A stretch of DNA of 38,485 nucleotides from an uncultured Planctomycetales bacterium (GTDB taxonomy: Bacteria > Omnitrophota > Gorgyraeia > Gygaellales > Profunditerraquicolaceae): contig CAZEBD010000003.1 of assembly GCA_964510625.1 (NCBI GenBank), positions 1-38,485 of the forward strand, written 5' to 3'. Position 1 is the stretch's first letter; each line of letters opens with the position of its first letter. Positions 1 through 7,935 of the stretch are shown piece by piece. The notes under the pieces were generated by a model. It searched no databases. It saw only the letters and a program-made list of their open reading frames with translations, and had not been told where the DNA came from. The position numbers and the translations under genes are program-made.

Positions 1-1
1 A

Positions 2-247
2 CGGACTATCCGCGAGGCAGAAGGGTATTCCCTTGACAAGATAAATAGAGCTAAGGGCGAAGCAGAAAGATTTTTAGTAACTTTAGGAGAATATAAAAAA
101 GCTCCGGAGATTACCCGCAAGAGGCTGTATCTTGAGACACTTGCGGAAGTTTTACCTAAGGCAAAAGAAAAATATATCATTGATCCCAGGCAGTCTTCCA
201 TATTGCCGTTATTAGACATAGGCAGGAAAGGAGATCTTAAGCAATGA
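2..247 (+). CDS. hflK: HflK-like SPFH/band-7 protein, C-terminal fragment (5' end outside window)
   Basis: Frame open from the window edge reads ...RAKGEAERFLVTLGEYKKAPEITRKRLYLETLAEVLPKAKEKYIIDP... Its stop overlaps the next start (ATGA at 244-247), and an hflC-like gene follows. Confidence 0.75.
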   Translation, partial: RTIREAEGYSLDKINRAKGEAERFLVTLGEYKKAPEITRKRLYLETLAEVLPKAKEKYIIDPRQSSILPLLDIGRKGDLKQ

Positions 248-1203
248 AAAAAAACAAATTAATGACAGTTTTAGGATTAGTTTCCTTCCTGATTATAATT
301 ATTGTGCTTGCGTTGGCAAGCGGGGCGTTATTTATAGTGGATGAAACAAAGCAAATAGTGATTACTCAGTTTGGTAAACCAGTGGGGGAGCCGATAACCT
401 CCGCCGGCCTGCATTTTAAAGTGCCTTTTATTCAGCAGGCGCATTATTTTGATAAGAGGCTTTTAGAGTGGGACGGCGACCCGAACCAGATACCTACAAA
501 AGATAAAAAATATATCTGGGTAGACACAATGGCGCGTTGGAAGATAGTTGATGCGTTGAAATTTTTGCAGTCCGTAGGGAATGAATTAAGTGCTAGCAGC
601 CGCTTAAATGATATTATCAATTCAGCCACCAGGGATGCGGTTACGGGAAATCTCTTGGTTGAGGCCGTAAGGGATTCCAATCGCATATTGGAAAGTAAGG
701 ATCTCGGGGAAGATGCTATTGTCAGCGAGGAAGCTTTAGAGCGTATTGAAACAGGAAGGCAGAAATTAACCCGAGCCATATTAGAGAAAGCAAAAGTCCT
801 TGCCCCGCAATACGGGATTGAGATTATGGATGTGCGCATAAAGCGCATAAATTATGTGGAAGAGGTGCGTAATAAGGTATATGACCGGATGATTGCTGAG
901 AGAAAGCGCGCTGCCGAGAAATACCGTTCAGAAGGATTTGGAAAATCTGCCGAGATCGAAGGCCAGACCGGTAAAGAGTTAAAATTGATTACTTCCGAGG
1001 CTTATCGGCAGGCGCAGTCAATTGTCGGCAAGGCCGATGCCGAAGCAATTAATATTTATGCCGGCTCTTATGAGCAGAATCCTGAATTTTACTCGTTGCT
1101 TAAGACATTAGAGACATATAAAGATACGATTGATGAAAACTCCATGCTGATTTTGACTACGGATAGCGATTACTATAAATACCTTAAGTCTCTGGATAAA
1201 TAA
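244..1203 (+). CDS. hflC: HflC-like SPFH/band-7 membrane protease modulator
   Basis: 319 aa. N-terminal TM helix followed by a band-7 domain (IVITQFGKPVGEP, YGIEIMDVRIKRINY, AERKRAAEKYRSEG). Translationally coupled to the hflK fragment. Confidence 0.85.
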   Translation: MKKNKLMTVLGLVSFLIIIIVLALASGALFIVDETKQIVITQFGKPVGEPITSAGLHFKVPFIQQAHYFDKRLLEWDGDPNQIPTKDKKYIWVDTMARWKIVDALKFLQSVGNELSASSRLNDIINSATRDAVTGNLLVEAVRDSNRILESKDLGEDAIVSEEALERIETGRQKLTRAILEKAKVLAPQYGIEIMDVRIKRINYVEEVRNKVYDRMIAERKRAAEKYRSEGFGKSAEIEGQTGKELKLITSEAYRQAQSIVGKADAEAINIYAGSYEQNPEFYSLLKTLETYKDTIDENSMLILTTDSDYYKYLKSLDK

Positions 1204-1319
1204 AACTTAAAAGTTTATTTTAATAAGCTCCCCGGTTGAGCCGGAGGCGAGGTTAAGATAGTATTAATTTGCCTACGGAGAGGGGTGTTTTTTAGTATTT
1301 TTTACGGGAGGAAGTTTTG

Positions 1320-2372
1320 ATGAATATGGAAATTTTGGAGCAGGTATACCTGGGAAACCGCATTTTAGATTATATCTTTGCTTTTTTAACGCTTGCCTTT
1401 GGATTGTTGTTTGTTCGAATCTTCATCCGTTTTATTATAAGACGCCTTAAAAAATTAGCCGAAAGGACGGATACGAAATTTGACGATTTTATTATAAAGA
1501 TTTTGGAGAAAATCGGCCTGCCGGCTTTATATATCAGCTGTTTTTATGCAAGCTCTAAGATATTAAAAATTCCCCCTGGGGCCGATGCCCTGATTAATGT
1601 CTTGGAGCTGGTTGTGATTACCTTTTTTTCCGCCCGCATAGTGGCTATGCTTGCTAATTGGAGCATTAATTCATATCTTGCAAAAAAGCAGCATGATCCT
1701 ACGGTGGTGCGCAGCCTTGACGGCATGCTTTGGGTAGTTAAACTCATTATTTGGATCCTGGCGGTTATAATCCTGCTGGATAATCTCGGTTATAAGGTCT
1801 CTACTTTAATTGCCGGTTTAGGTATCGGCGGTATAGCGGTAGCGATAGCCGCGCAGGCGCTCTTAAAGGACTTCTTCAGTTATTTTTCTATAGTATTTGA
1901 CCATCCTTTTAAGATAGGGGATTTTATAATCATCGGTGATTTTATGGGTACCGTTGAGTATATTGGGATAAAGACTACGCGCATACGCAGTTTAGGTGGA
2001 GAGATGGTGATATTTTCCAATACGGACCTCACAGACTCGCGAGTGCGTAATTATAGGCTTATGGAAAAACGGCGTGTTTTATTCCGCATAGGCCTAACTT
2101 ATCAAACCCCGCTTAGCAAATTGAAAGAAACCCCTAAAATTATTGAGCAGGTTATTAAGAGCGTTAAAGATACGGTTTTTGACCGGGCGCATTTTTTTAG
2201 TTACGGGGATTTCAGCCTGATATTTGAGGTTGTTTATTTCGTTTTGGGCCCTGATTATAATAAGTATATGGATATTCAGCAGGAGATTAATTTTAAAATT
2301 AAGGAGGAGTTTGAAAAACGGAACATAGAATTTGCTTATCCTACTCAAACACTGTTTGTAACCAAACAATAA
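1320..2372 (+). CDS. Mechanosensitive ion channel, MscS family
   Basis: 350 aa from ATG 1320 (GGGAGG 8 nt upstream; the track starts at TTG 1317). Several N-terminal TM helices, then the typical MscS core LIAGLGIGGIAVAIAAQALLKDFFS...FKIGDFI...GTVEYIGIKTTRIRSLGGEMVIFSN. Confidence 0.8.
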   Translation: MNMEILEQVYLGNRILDYIFAFLTLAFGLLFVRIFIRFIIRRLKKLAERTDTKFDDFIIKILEKIGLPALYISCFYASSKILKIPPGADALINVLELVVITFFSARIVAMLANWSINSYLAKKQHDPTVVRSLDGMLWVVKLIIWILAVIILLDNLGYKVSTLIAGLGIGGIAVAIAAQALLKDFFSYFSIVFDHPFKIGDFIIIGDFMGTVEYIGIKTTRIRSLGGEMVIFSNTDLTDSRVRNYRLMEKRRVLFRIGLTYQTPLSKLKETPKIIEQVIKSVKDTVFDRAHFFSYGDFSLIFEVVYFVLGPDYNKYMDIQQEINFKIKEEFEKRNIEFAYPTQTLFVTKQ

Positions 2373-2385
2373 CTCAAATAATACT

Positions 2386-3522
2386 ATGAAGAAAATATTG
2401 CTTATTTCATTTGAATATCCTATTGGCAAGTCATACTGCGGCGGGGTGGGCCAGATTGTAGAGCAGAGCAGGGATGCCCTTTTAGCTTTGGGGTATGAAG
2501 CGCATGTGCTTATAAGCTCCGGTTTTGCCAGAAAAGATCCGGTTAAGCTGTTGTTCCCGGATAACTCCTTAAAAAGCTACCCTAACCTCGGTTCTTTCCT
2601 CAGGGAATATGGCTGGTGCCATTTTGGCTATATAATCCATCATTTTGTTAACTGGACCAAAGAGCTTAAGAAGATTGTTAGGCAAAAAGGAAGAAAACCC
2701 AAAATCATATATCATTTTCATAGTATATTGCGGAGGGAGAAAGATTCCGGGTTCAGGACCTTAAACCACTTTTTGCATAACCAGGAGAGGATGATTGAAT
2801 TTGCAGACAGGATAATCTGCCCGTCTGCCTATGAATACGATAATTTTATCAGGTATTTCCCTTCTTTTATTGATAAAGTGGTTGTTATTGAAAATACGAT
2901 AGAGTCTTTCGAAATGGATAAAAGCAGGATAGAAGAGATAAGGCGTGTTCACAAGATTAAAAAAAATGATGTAGTCTCACTTTATATAGGCAGGCTTGAG
3001 AGGATAAAAGGGGCTCATATTTTGCTTAAAGAAGCGCCCGTTATTCTTAAGAAGCATCGGCATCTTAAGCTGTTTTTTGTAGGCAGGTCTCTGGAGCAAG
3101 ACCTGTATAAAAGGTTATTGCGCTTGTGCTCGCGGTTTCCCGGACAGTTCTTTTATAAGAAATATTTAGATAAAAGAGAATTATTCCAATATTATTATTT
3201 AAGCGATATCTATATTAATAGTTCTTTAAGCGAATCATTTTCTTTGAGCACTCACGAAAGCGCGCTCTGCAATAATGCCTTACTTTTGAATCGCCTGCCG
3301 GTTTTTGGAAAGTTTAAGGACGCCGCCTTATTCTTTGACGCAAATGCCGGGGATTTCTCCGGGAAATACGATACTTTGATAAGAAACCACGCCTTAAGAA
3401 GAAAACTCTCCAAAAGATCAAGCGCGATTGCCGATAAATTTATTAACAATAACCGATTCAAAGATAATCTGTATAAACTTCTTAATGGTTTTGTGGTTGA
3501 AAATAAATCTAAAAGTTTATGA
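2386..3522 (+). CDS. Glycosyltransferase, GT4-like (GT-B fold)
   Basis: 378 aa. N-terminal GGVGQ, central YIGRLERIKG, and a C-terminal SESFSLSTHESALC resembling the GT4 E-x7-E region. Confidence 0.65.
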   Translation: MKKILLISFEYPIGKSYCGGVGQIVEQSRDALLALGYEAHVLISSGFARKDPVKLLFPDNSLKSYPNLGSFLREYGWCHFGYIIHHFVNWTKELKKIVRQKGRKPKIIYHFHSILRREKDSGFRTLNHFLHNQERMIEFADRIICPSAYEYDNFIRYFPSFIDKVVVIENTIESFEMDKSRIEEIRRVHKIKKNDVVSLYIGRLERIKGAHILLKEAPVILKKHRHLKLFFVGRSLEQDLYKRLLRLCSRFPGQFFYKKYLDKRELFQYYYLSDIYINSSLSESFSLSTHESALCNNALLLNRLPVFGKFKDAALFFDANAGDFSGKYDTLIRNHALRRKLSKRSSAIADKFINNNRFKDNLYKLLNGFVVENKSKSL

Positions 3523-3727
3523 TTGATGTTATTGCAGAAATAAAACCGGTAACTCAATGGCAGCCTATAATAGATACCTGTAAGTAAGAGAGGTCTTCAC
3601 TCGGTTCGTACGAGAGGGACCCCAGTAATATCAGTCTCTTAGTATAATGGGAGAGTTGAACGGCTATGATCGGGTTCTCTTCTTGTGTAATATTGTGTCC
3701 GTTTTTCGAGAGGCCACAAAATAATCC

Positions 3728-3756
3728 TTGACAAATAGGAGTTGTTCCTATATAGT
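3728..3756 (+). promoter_or_regulatory. Sigma70-type promoter of the first Fur-family gene, with an inverted repeat in the spacer
   Basis: TTGACA (3728-3733), 17-nt spacer, TATAGT (3751-3756). The spacer carries ATAGGA-5 nt-TCCTAT (3735-3751). The ATG at 3764 lies 7 nt after the -10, so the mRNA is probably leaderless. The TTG start used in the ORF track is the -35 box itself. Confidence 0.55.
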
Positions 3757-3763
3757 ATCAAGC

Positions 3764-4198
3764 ATGAATAAGCAAACTCCAAATGCAGGCGAAATATTCC
3801 GCAATAAGTGCAGGGAGGCTAATCTTAAGATTACTCCCCAGCGCACGATTATTTTTGATGCACTCGTAAACGATAAAGGGCATCCAACCGCAGACATTGT
3901 CTTTCAAAGAGTAAGAAAGAAGATCCCTAATATATCTTTTGACACCGTTAGCAGAACTCTTTTGTCTTTTGTAGATATGGGGCTCTTAAAGGTAGTAGAG
4001 GGGTATGGCCGGCCTAAGCGTTTTGATACTGATACAGACAGCCACCATCATTTTCAGTGCCTCAAGTGCAATAAAATTATAGATTTTTGCAACACAGGAT
4101 TCGATGCATTAGAAGTCCCTAAGGAGATTAAGAGCAGATTTATCGTAACCGGCAAGAAGGTAGTATTAGAAGGCCTCTGCGATTCATGTAAGAGGTAA
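3764..4198 (+). CDS. Fur-family metalloregulator (possibly Zur- or PerR-like)
   Basis: 144 aa from ATG 3764. LKITPQRTIIFDAL winged-helix start, HHHF, and CLKC...CDSC paired CxxC structural-zinc motifs typical of the Fur family. Confidence 0.8.
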   Translation: MNKQTPNAGEIFRNKCREANLKITPQRTIIFDALVNDKGHPTADIVFQRVRKKIPNISFDTVSRTLLSFVDMGLLKVVEGYGRPKRFDTDTDSHHHFQCLKCNKIIDFCNTGFDALEVPKEIKSRFIVTGKKVVLEGLCDSCKR

Positions 4199-4213
4199 AT
4201 TTTTTTAACCTAT

Positions 4214-4234
4214 AAGTCGTATAAACTACGATTT
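4214..4234 (+). promoter_or_regulatory. Zur-box-like inverted repeat upstream of the QueD/PTPS-like gene
   Basis: AAGTCGTA-TAAAC-TACGATTT. The TCGTA/TACGA arms have the same 5-nt spacing and A/T flanks as the Bacillus-type Zur box (AAATCGTAATnATTACGATTT). It overlaps a TATAAA -10-like hexamer (4220-4225). Confidence 0.4.
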
Positions 4235-4340
4235 AAGAGTAGTTACGAAAGGAGGCGCTGATCAGAAAACATTTGGTGATTTACGCGTATGGTAATGGAG
4301 ATGAAAAAAGAAAATACAACCAATTAAAAGGAGGATTATC

Positions 4341-4832
4341 ATGTCAAACGAAAAGTACAGATCAATAGTAAAACTTGATTTTCAGTATGCGCACAGATTT
4401 ATGAATTATCCAGGAGAGGCAAGCTATCTTCATGGACATTCGGGATTGCTAACGATCGAAATTGAGGGGGAGTTAAATAAACATAATTATGCCTACCCAG
4501 TAAAAGAGGCACAAAAATTAGCATGGGCAGTAGCCGACAACTTCATGCATGCAACGATTTTTCAAGAAGGTGATCCCTTGCTTGATTTAGTTTTGCAAGG
4601 ATATGAGAATACAGGAATGAAAGGTACAACGAATAGATTTGGGACGCCTGCAAAAGCTCTCAACCATGAGTTGGTAAAATCGTATCCTGAAAGCAGAGTA
4701 GCTGTGAGTAAAGGACCCTCTACTTGCGAATGGTTCTGTACGGTATTCTATGAACTATTGAAAGACAAGTTGAATATTAAAAAAATAGAATTCCGTTCTT
4801 CTTCGTTGAACTGTGCATCAAGAGAGTTTTAG
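4341..4832 (+). CDS. 6-pyruvoyl-tetrahydropterin synthase / QueD family protein (atypical)
   Basis: 163 aa with AAAGGAGG 7 nt upstream. FQYAHRF...YLHGHSG matches the PTPS/QueD His triad (xAAH ... HGH). The position 4 residues before HGH, which is the catalytic Cys in E. coli QueD (KCGRLHGH), is Ala here (EASYLHGH). Confidence 0.65.
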   Translation: MSNEKYRSIVKLDFQYAHRFMNYPGEASYLHGHSGLLTIEIEGELNKHNYAYPVKEAQKLAWAVADNFMHATIFQEGDPLLDLVLQGYENTGMKGTTNRFGTPAKALNHELVKSYPESRVAVSKGPSTCEWFCTVFYELLKDKLNIKKIEFRSSSLNCASREF

Positions 4833-4863
4833 TAAGAAGATAGCCTGTATTAGCAAGCATCAG

Positions 4864-4895
4864 AAAATGTCCGCCCCGCAAGGGCGGACATTTTT
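4864..4895 (+). terminator. Rho-independent terminator (looks bidirectional)
   Basis: AAAATGTCCGCCC-cgcaa-GGGCGGACATTTTT: a GC-rich 10-13 bp stem, 5-nt loop, T-run downstream and A-run upstream. Confidence 0.85.
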
Positions 4896-4929
4896 ACTTG
4901 GGTATGCCTATGAAGATGGCCGATTTTCG

Positions 4930-4957
4930 TTGCCATCCTTGTTGTATCGGCTATAAT
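4930..4957 (+). promoter_or_regulatory. Putative sigma70 promoter
   Basis: TTGCCA (4930-4935), 16-nt spacer, TATAAT (4952-4957), upstream of the ATG at 4991. Confidence 0.45.
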
Positions 4958-4990
4958 AGATACTTACATATCTTACAAAGACATTCCACA

Positions 4991-5437
4991 ATGCCAAGAA
5001 AAAGTGTTTTAGTTCTGATTAGTATTTCGATAGTATTTATTTTGGCGATTATTCCTTCGGGATATTGCCGGGTAGCTAATAATGCATTTGAACAATTAAA
5101 GTCAGAACTAAAAAACGAAGACGTATCTGATGAATTTGTAAAAATTTCAGAAAGTTCAGTAAAAAGACTGATTGCATCAGCAGCACCAATCACTGATATA
5201 AAAAGCGTTTTACTGGATTTGTGGGGTGAAAAAGTAAAGGGAAGGGCATTAAAGAACGCCCTTGCTGCTGTGGCTGAGTTGGTTGCAAGCGGAGATAATG
5301 TTTTAGAGGCTGCCAAGATTGCCTCCGGCGCGGCGCATAAAGCAGAGTCTGAAGGTTTAAGCGGCTTTGGCGTCGGCATGAGAGTTAAAAAGGCAGTCCA
5401 GGAAAGAAAGGGATACCTTAAAACCTTGGAGAAATAA
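4991..5437 (+). CDS. Hypothetical small exported or membrane-anchored protein
   Basis: 148 aa from the internal ATG 4991; the upstream part of the track ORF covers the terminator and promoter. N-terminal hydrophobic helix MPRKSVLVLISISIVFILAIIPSG, then an Ala/Lys-rich helical region. Its stop overlaps the next start (TAATG). Confidence 0.5.
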   Translation: MPRKSVLVLISISIVFILAIIPSGYCRVANNAFEQLKSELKNEDVSDEFVKISESSVKRLIASAAPITDIKSVLLDLWGEKVKGRALKNALAAVAELVASGDNVLEAAKIASGAAHKAESEGLSGFGVGMRVKKAVQERKGYLKTLEK

Positions 5438-6309
5438 TGCCAAAATCATCTAATTTTACTAAATATATGCGTCACGGCTCAGCAATTGTAAAAGGAACGA
5501 TTGAGCTGGGCAGATTTATGATTCCCTACCGTATTTATGAGAGCGAGGGCCCGCATATTATATGCCTTAATGGAGTGCAGCAGTCTATGGCCATGTGGCA
5601 TAGTTTTGTCTTGCGTTATGCTCCGCACTACCGGGTAGTACTTTTCGATTTTCCCAATCAAGGTAAAGGCAAAGTTATTACCGGGCCGATTTTCGTTACC
5701 TTGGATGAGCAGGTGGAGATTTTACGCGAGGTAATCAAGGCTACAGGAATAAATAAGCATGTTTCGATCTGTTCTGCTTCTTGGGGAGGGATCATCGCGA
5801 TGGCATTTGCCTCGCGGTATCCAAATGAATTAAAACAATTATGTTTAGCCAGCCTTGGGACAAAAGCCAATGATGCGATGGTGGAGACGATTAAAAAAGG
5901 CTTCCAGATCGACCCGCAAAACAGGCAAAAGATGGCGAATATGTTGATCGAAAGTTTCGGCCAAAATCTTCCTGAAAATATTAAGAATAAGATTGTCAGC
6001 CAGTTTCAGGCGATGAGCCAGGAGAATTTGCAGGCGTTTTATGAACATGGTTTATTTGTGATCTCGACAAAGAAATTAGGCGATTTAATCAACCTTTCAA
6101 ATATCAAGGCAAAAACATTTTTGATTTATGGAGAAAAAGATACAATTATTGATCTGGAAGATGTTAAGTTTCTTGCTTCCCAAATTCCTCATTGCCAGGT
6201 TAAGGTAGTAAAAGACGCAGGGCACTTCCTGCACATGGAGCGGGAAGACAGCTTTGATATTTATGAAGATATACTACCAATACCTCCGCGTCAGCCGCAA
6301 AAAATATAG
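5437..6309 (+). CDS. Alpha/beta-fold hydrolase
   Basis: 290 aa. HIICLNGVQQS, a nucleophile elbow variant CSASWGG, and C-terminal GEKDTII and AGHFLHME (Asp/His of the triad). Confidence 0.7.
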   Translation: MPKSSNFTKYMRHGSAIVKGTIELGRFMIPYRIYESEGPHIICLNGVQQSMAMWHSFVLRYAPHYRVVLFDFPNQGKGKVITGPIFVTLDEQVEILREVIKATGINKHVSICSASWGGIIAMAFASRYPNELKQLCLASLGTKANDAMVETIKKGFQIDPQNRQKMANMLIESFGQNLPENIKNKIVSQFQAMSQENLQAFYEHGLFVISTKKLGDLINLSNIKAKTFLIYGEKDTIIDLEDVKFLASQIPHCQVKVVKDAGHFLHMEREDSFDIYEDILPIPPRQPQKI

Positions 6310-6402
6310 CCGGGTTTAAGGCCTATGATTGCAGTAGCGCTTATAGTTCTTTTTGCTGGTGAAAGTAGTTCACTCGCGTAATTCCGTAGAATAATAAAAA
6401 GC

Positions 6403-6431
6403 TTGACAAGAATAGCAGGATAGTGTATATT
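6403..6431 (+). promoter_or_regulatory. Sigma70-type promoter of the second Fur-family gene
   Basis: TTGACA (6403-6408), 17-nt spacer, TATATT (6426-6431). Confidence 0.6.
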
Positions 6432-6437
6432 TGCAAG

Positions 6438-6452
6438 TGGAAACCATTTTCA
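6438..6452 (+). promoter_or_regulatory. Imperfect Fur-box-like 7-1-7 element at the predicted transcription start (possible autoregulation)
   Basis: TGGAAAC-C-ATTTTCA. The right half is identical to the perfect box at 6985-6999 and the left half matches 5 of 7. Confidence 0.35.
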
Positions 6453-6486
6453 ATAAGCTTGCCTACCGGCAGGCAGAAAGTAATAA

Positions 6487-6960
6487 ATGCCAAGAGGCGG
6501 ATGTAGAGAGCAGGGTTGGTGGCATGGAAAGTTCAGGGGTTGCGGGTATCGGCTTACTTTGGGCCGCGAGGCGATTCTTGATATTCTTTCTAAGTCGCAA
6601 GGCCACTTGAGCGCTGAAGATATCTATATGAAAATCCATCCGAAGTATCCTAATGTAGGCCTGACTACGGTTTACCGGACGCTGGATGTATTATCGGACC
6701 TGGGAATGGTGTATAAGCTTGATTTCGGAGACGGCCGATCACGGTATGAGTTTGCCGAAGGCCCTAAAGGAGCGCATCATCACCACCATTTGGTCTGCAC
6801 ACAATGCAATAAGGTGATTGATTATACGGATTTTATTGATGAAGAAGTGGAGCTGCTTAATCAAACGGAAAAGGGGTTGGGACAGAAATACAAATTTAAG
6901 ATTACAAATCACCTTATACAGTTCTATGGTTTATGCCAGGAATGTAACGGTAAGAAATAA
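6487..6960 (+). CDS. fur: Fur-family metalloregulator
   Basis: 157 aa. RLTLGREAILDIL..., LTTVYRTLDVL recognition helix, HHHHH followed by CTQC, and C-terminal CQEC. It has a Cys-containing N-terminal extension, MPRGGCREQGWWHGKFRGCG. Confidence 0.8.
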   Translation: MPRGGCREQGWWHGKFRGCGYRLTLGREAILDILSKSQGHLSAEDIYMKIHPKYPNVGLTTVYRTLDVLSDLGMVYKLDFGDGRSRYEFAEGPKGAHHHHHLVCTQCNKVIDYTDFIDEEVELLNQTEKGLGQKYKFKITNHLIQFYGLCQECNGKK

Positions 6961-6984
6961 CCGCTATATTTTTTTGACAATAAG

Positions 6985-6999
6985 TGAAAATCATTTTCA
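6985..6999 (+). promoter_or_regulatory. Fur box (perfect 7-1-7 palindrome) inside the promoter of the DUF5320/ORP-like operon
   Basis: TGAAAAT-C-ATTTTCA is a perfect inverted repeat. It differs from the classical 7-1-7 Fur box TGATAATnATTATCA by one symmetric position. It begins 5 nt after a TTGACA -35 hexamer (6974-6979) and ends 24 nt before the ATG at 7024. Confidence 0.6.
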
Positions 7000-7023
7000 T
7001 TAAGAGAAAGGAAGGTGGTAACT

Positions 7024-7521
7024 ATGCCAGGTTTTGACGGAATGGGTCCGAGAGGACAGGGGTCAATGACCGGCCGCGGTGCAGGTTATTGTATCGTGAA
7101 ATTAGATTCTGATAATATTGAAATGAATAATACAGGAAAGGGGGTATCTGATATGCCTAGAGGAGATGGAACTGGACCTATGGGTTTAGGCCCGATGACT
7201 GGAAGATCCGCGGGTTTTTGCGCCGGGTATAATGCTCCAGGTTATATGAATCCAATTTTCGGAGGTTATGCTGGTATGGGCAGGGGATTCTTTGGCCGCG
7301 GAGGTGGTAGAGGCAGGAGAAATTGGTTTTACGCTACTGGGGTTCCTGGATGGCAAAGAGCCACGACGGGGATACCTGCGTTTGGTGGAATGTATCCTTA
7401 CGCGCCGGAAATAACTCCAAAACAGGAGGCGGATATCTTAAAAAAGCAAGCGGATGTTATAAAAAAACAGCTTGAGGATATTCAAGGCCGTATGGAGGCC
7501 TTAGAAAAAATAAAGGAGTGA
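7024..7521 (+). CDS. DUF5320-type protein with a duplicated N-terminal motif, an RG-rich segment and a C-terminal coiled coil
   Basis: 165 aa from ATG 7024. Two copies of the family signature: MPGFDGMGPRGQGSMTGRGAGYC and MPRGDGTGPMGLGPMTGRSAGFC. Also GRGFFGRGGGRGRRN and the heptad tail EADILKKQADVIKKQLEDIQGRMEALEKIKE. Confidence 0.7.
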   Translation: MPGFDGMGPRGQGSMTGRGAGYCIVKLDSDNIEMNNTGKGVSDMPRGDGTGPMGLGPMTGRSAGFCAGYNAPGYMNPIFGGYAGMGRGFFGRGGGRGRRNWFYATGVPGWQRATTGIPAFGGMYPYAPEITPKQEADILKKQADVIKKQLEDIQGRMEALEKIKE

Positions 7522-7523
7522 TT

Positions 7524-7922
7524 ATGCGTGTAGCTATATCTAGTGACGGAGAGTTTGTATCTGCCCATTTTGGCCGATGCCCGACTTTTACCCTTGTTGA
7601 TATTGAAAACGGTAAGGTAACTAAAAGGATAGAGGTGGTAAATCCCGGGCATCAGCCAGGGGCAATCCCTGAGTTTTTGCATCAAAAAGGCGTCAATTGT
7701 ATCATTGCCGGAGGCATGGGGGCGCGGGCAACATTGTTTTTCCAGGAGTATAGTATTCAGACGATTGTCGGGATAAGCGGAAAGATAGATGAGGTGGTAG
7801 AACAACTTAAGAAGGGCACCTTGGAAGGCGGAGAGAGTCTTTGCAAGCCCGGTGCGGGTAAAGGTTATGGTTTAGATAAGTCGGTATGCGACCATCCGCA
7901 CGAAGATAATTGTGAGCATTAG
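7524..7922 (+). CDS. NifX/NifB-C-terminal (dinitrogenase FeMo-cofactor-binding fold) protein, orange-protein (ORP)-like, with a Cys/His-rich tail
   Basis: 132 aa with AAGGAG 5 nt upstream. MRVAISSDGEFVSAHFGRCPTFTLVDIE...GVNCIIAGGMGARA is typical of the family. The tail CKPGAGKGYGLDKSVCDHPHEDNCEH has 3 Cys and 3 His. Confidence 0.7.
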   Translation: MRVAISSDGEFVSAHFGRCPTFTLVDIENGKVTKRIEVVNPGHQPGAIPEFLHQKGVNCIIAGGMGARATLFFQEYSIQTIVGISGKIDEVVEQLKKGTLEGGESLCKPGAGKGYGLDKSVCDHPHEDNCEH

Positions 7923-7935
7923 AAAGGGAGAATCT

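Noticed and set aside
444-848. Minus-strand ORFs throughout the track (e.g. 444-848, 13123-13443, 21627-22055, 23560-23976, 30059-30796, 35021-35506)
   Set aside because: Each lies wholly inside a longer + strand gene with clear family motifs. They have low-complexity or Ser/Arg/Leu-rich composition, no RBS and no recognisable motifs, so they are typical antisense shadow ORFs.
1204-1319. Terminator after hflC
   Set aside because: Only weak A/T-only (AAACTT/AAGTTT) and bulged (CTCCCCGG/CCGGAGG) pairings are present, without a proper stem plus U-tract arrangement. This is not convincing enough to annotate.
6310-6402. Short ORFs in intergenic gaps (18 codons at about 6325-6381; 12 codons at about 4289-4327)
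   Set aside because: They have no RBS and no recognisable motif, and their length is within chance expectation for AT-rich spacers.
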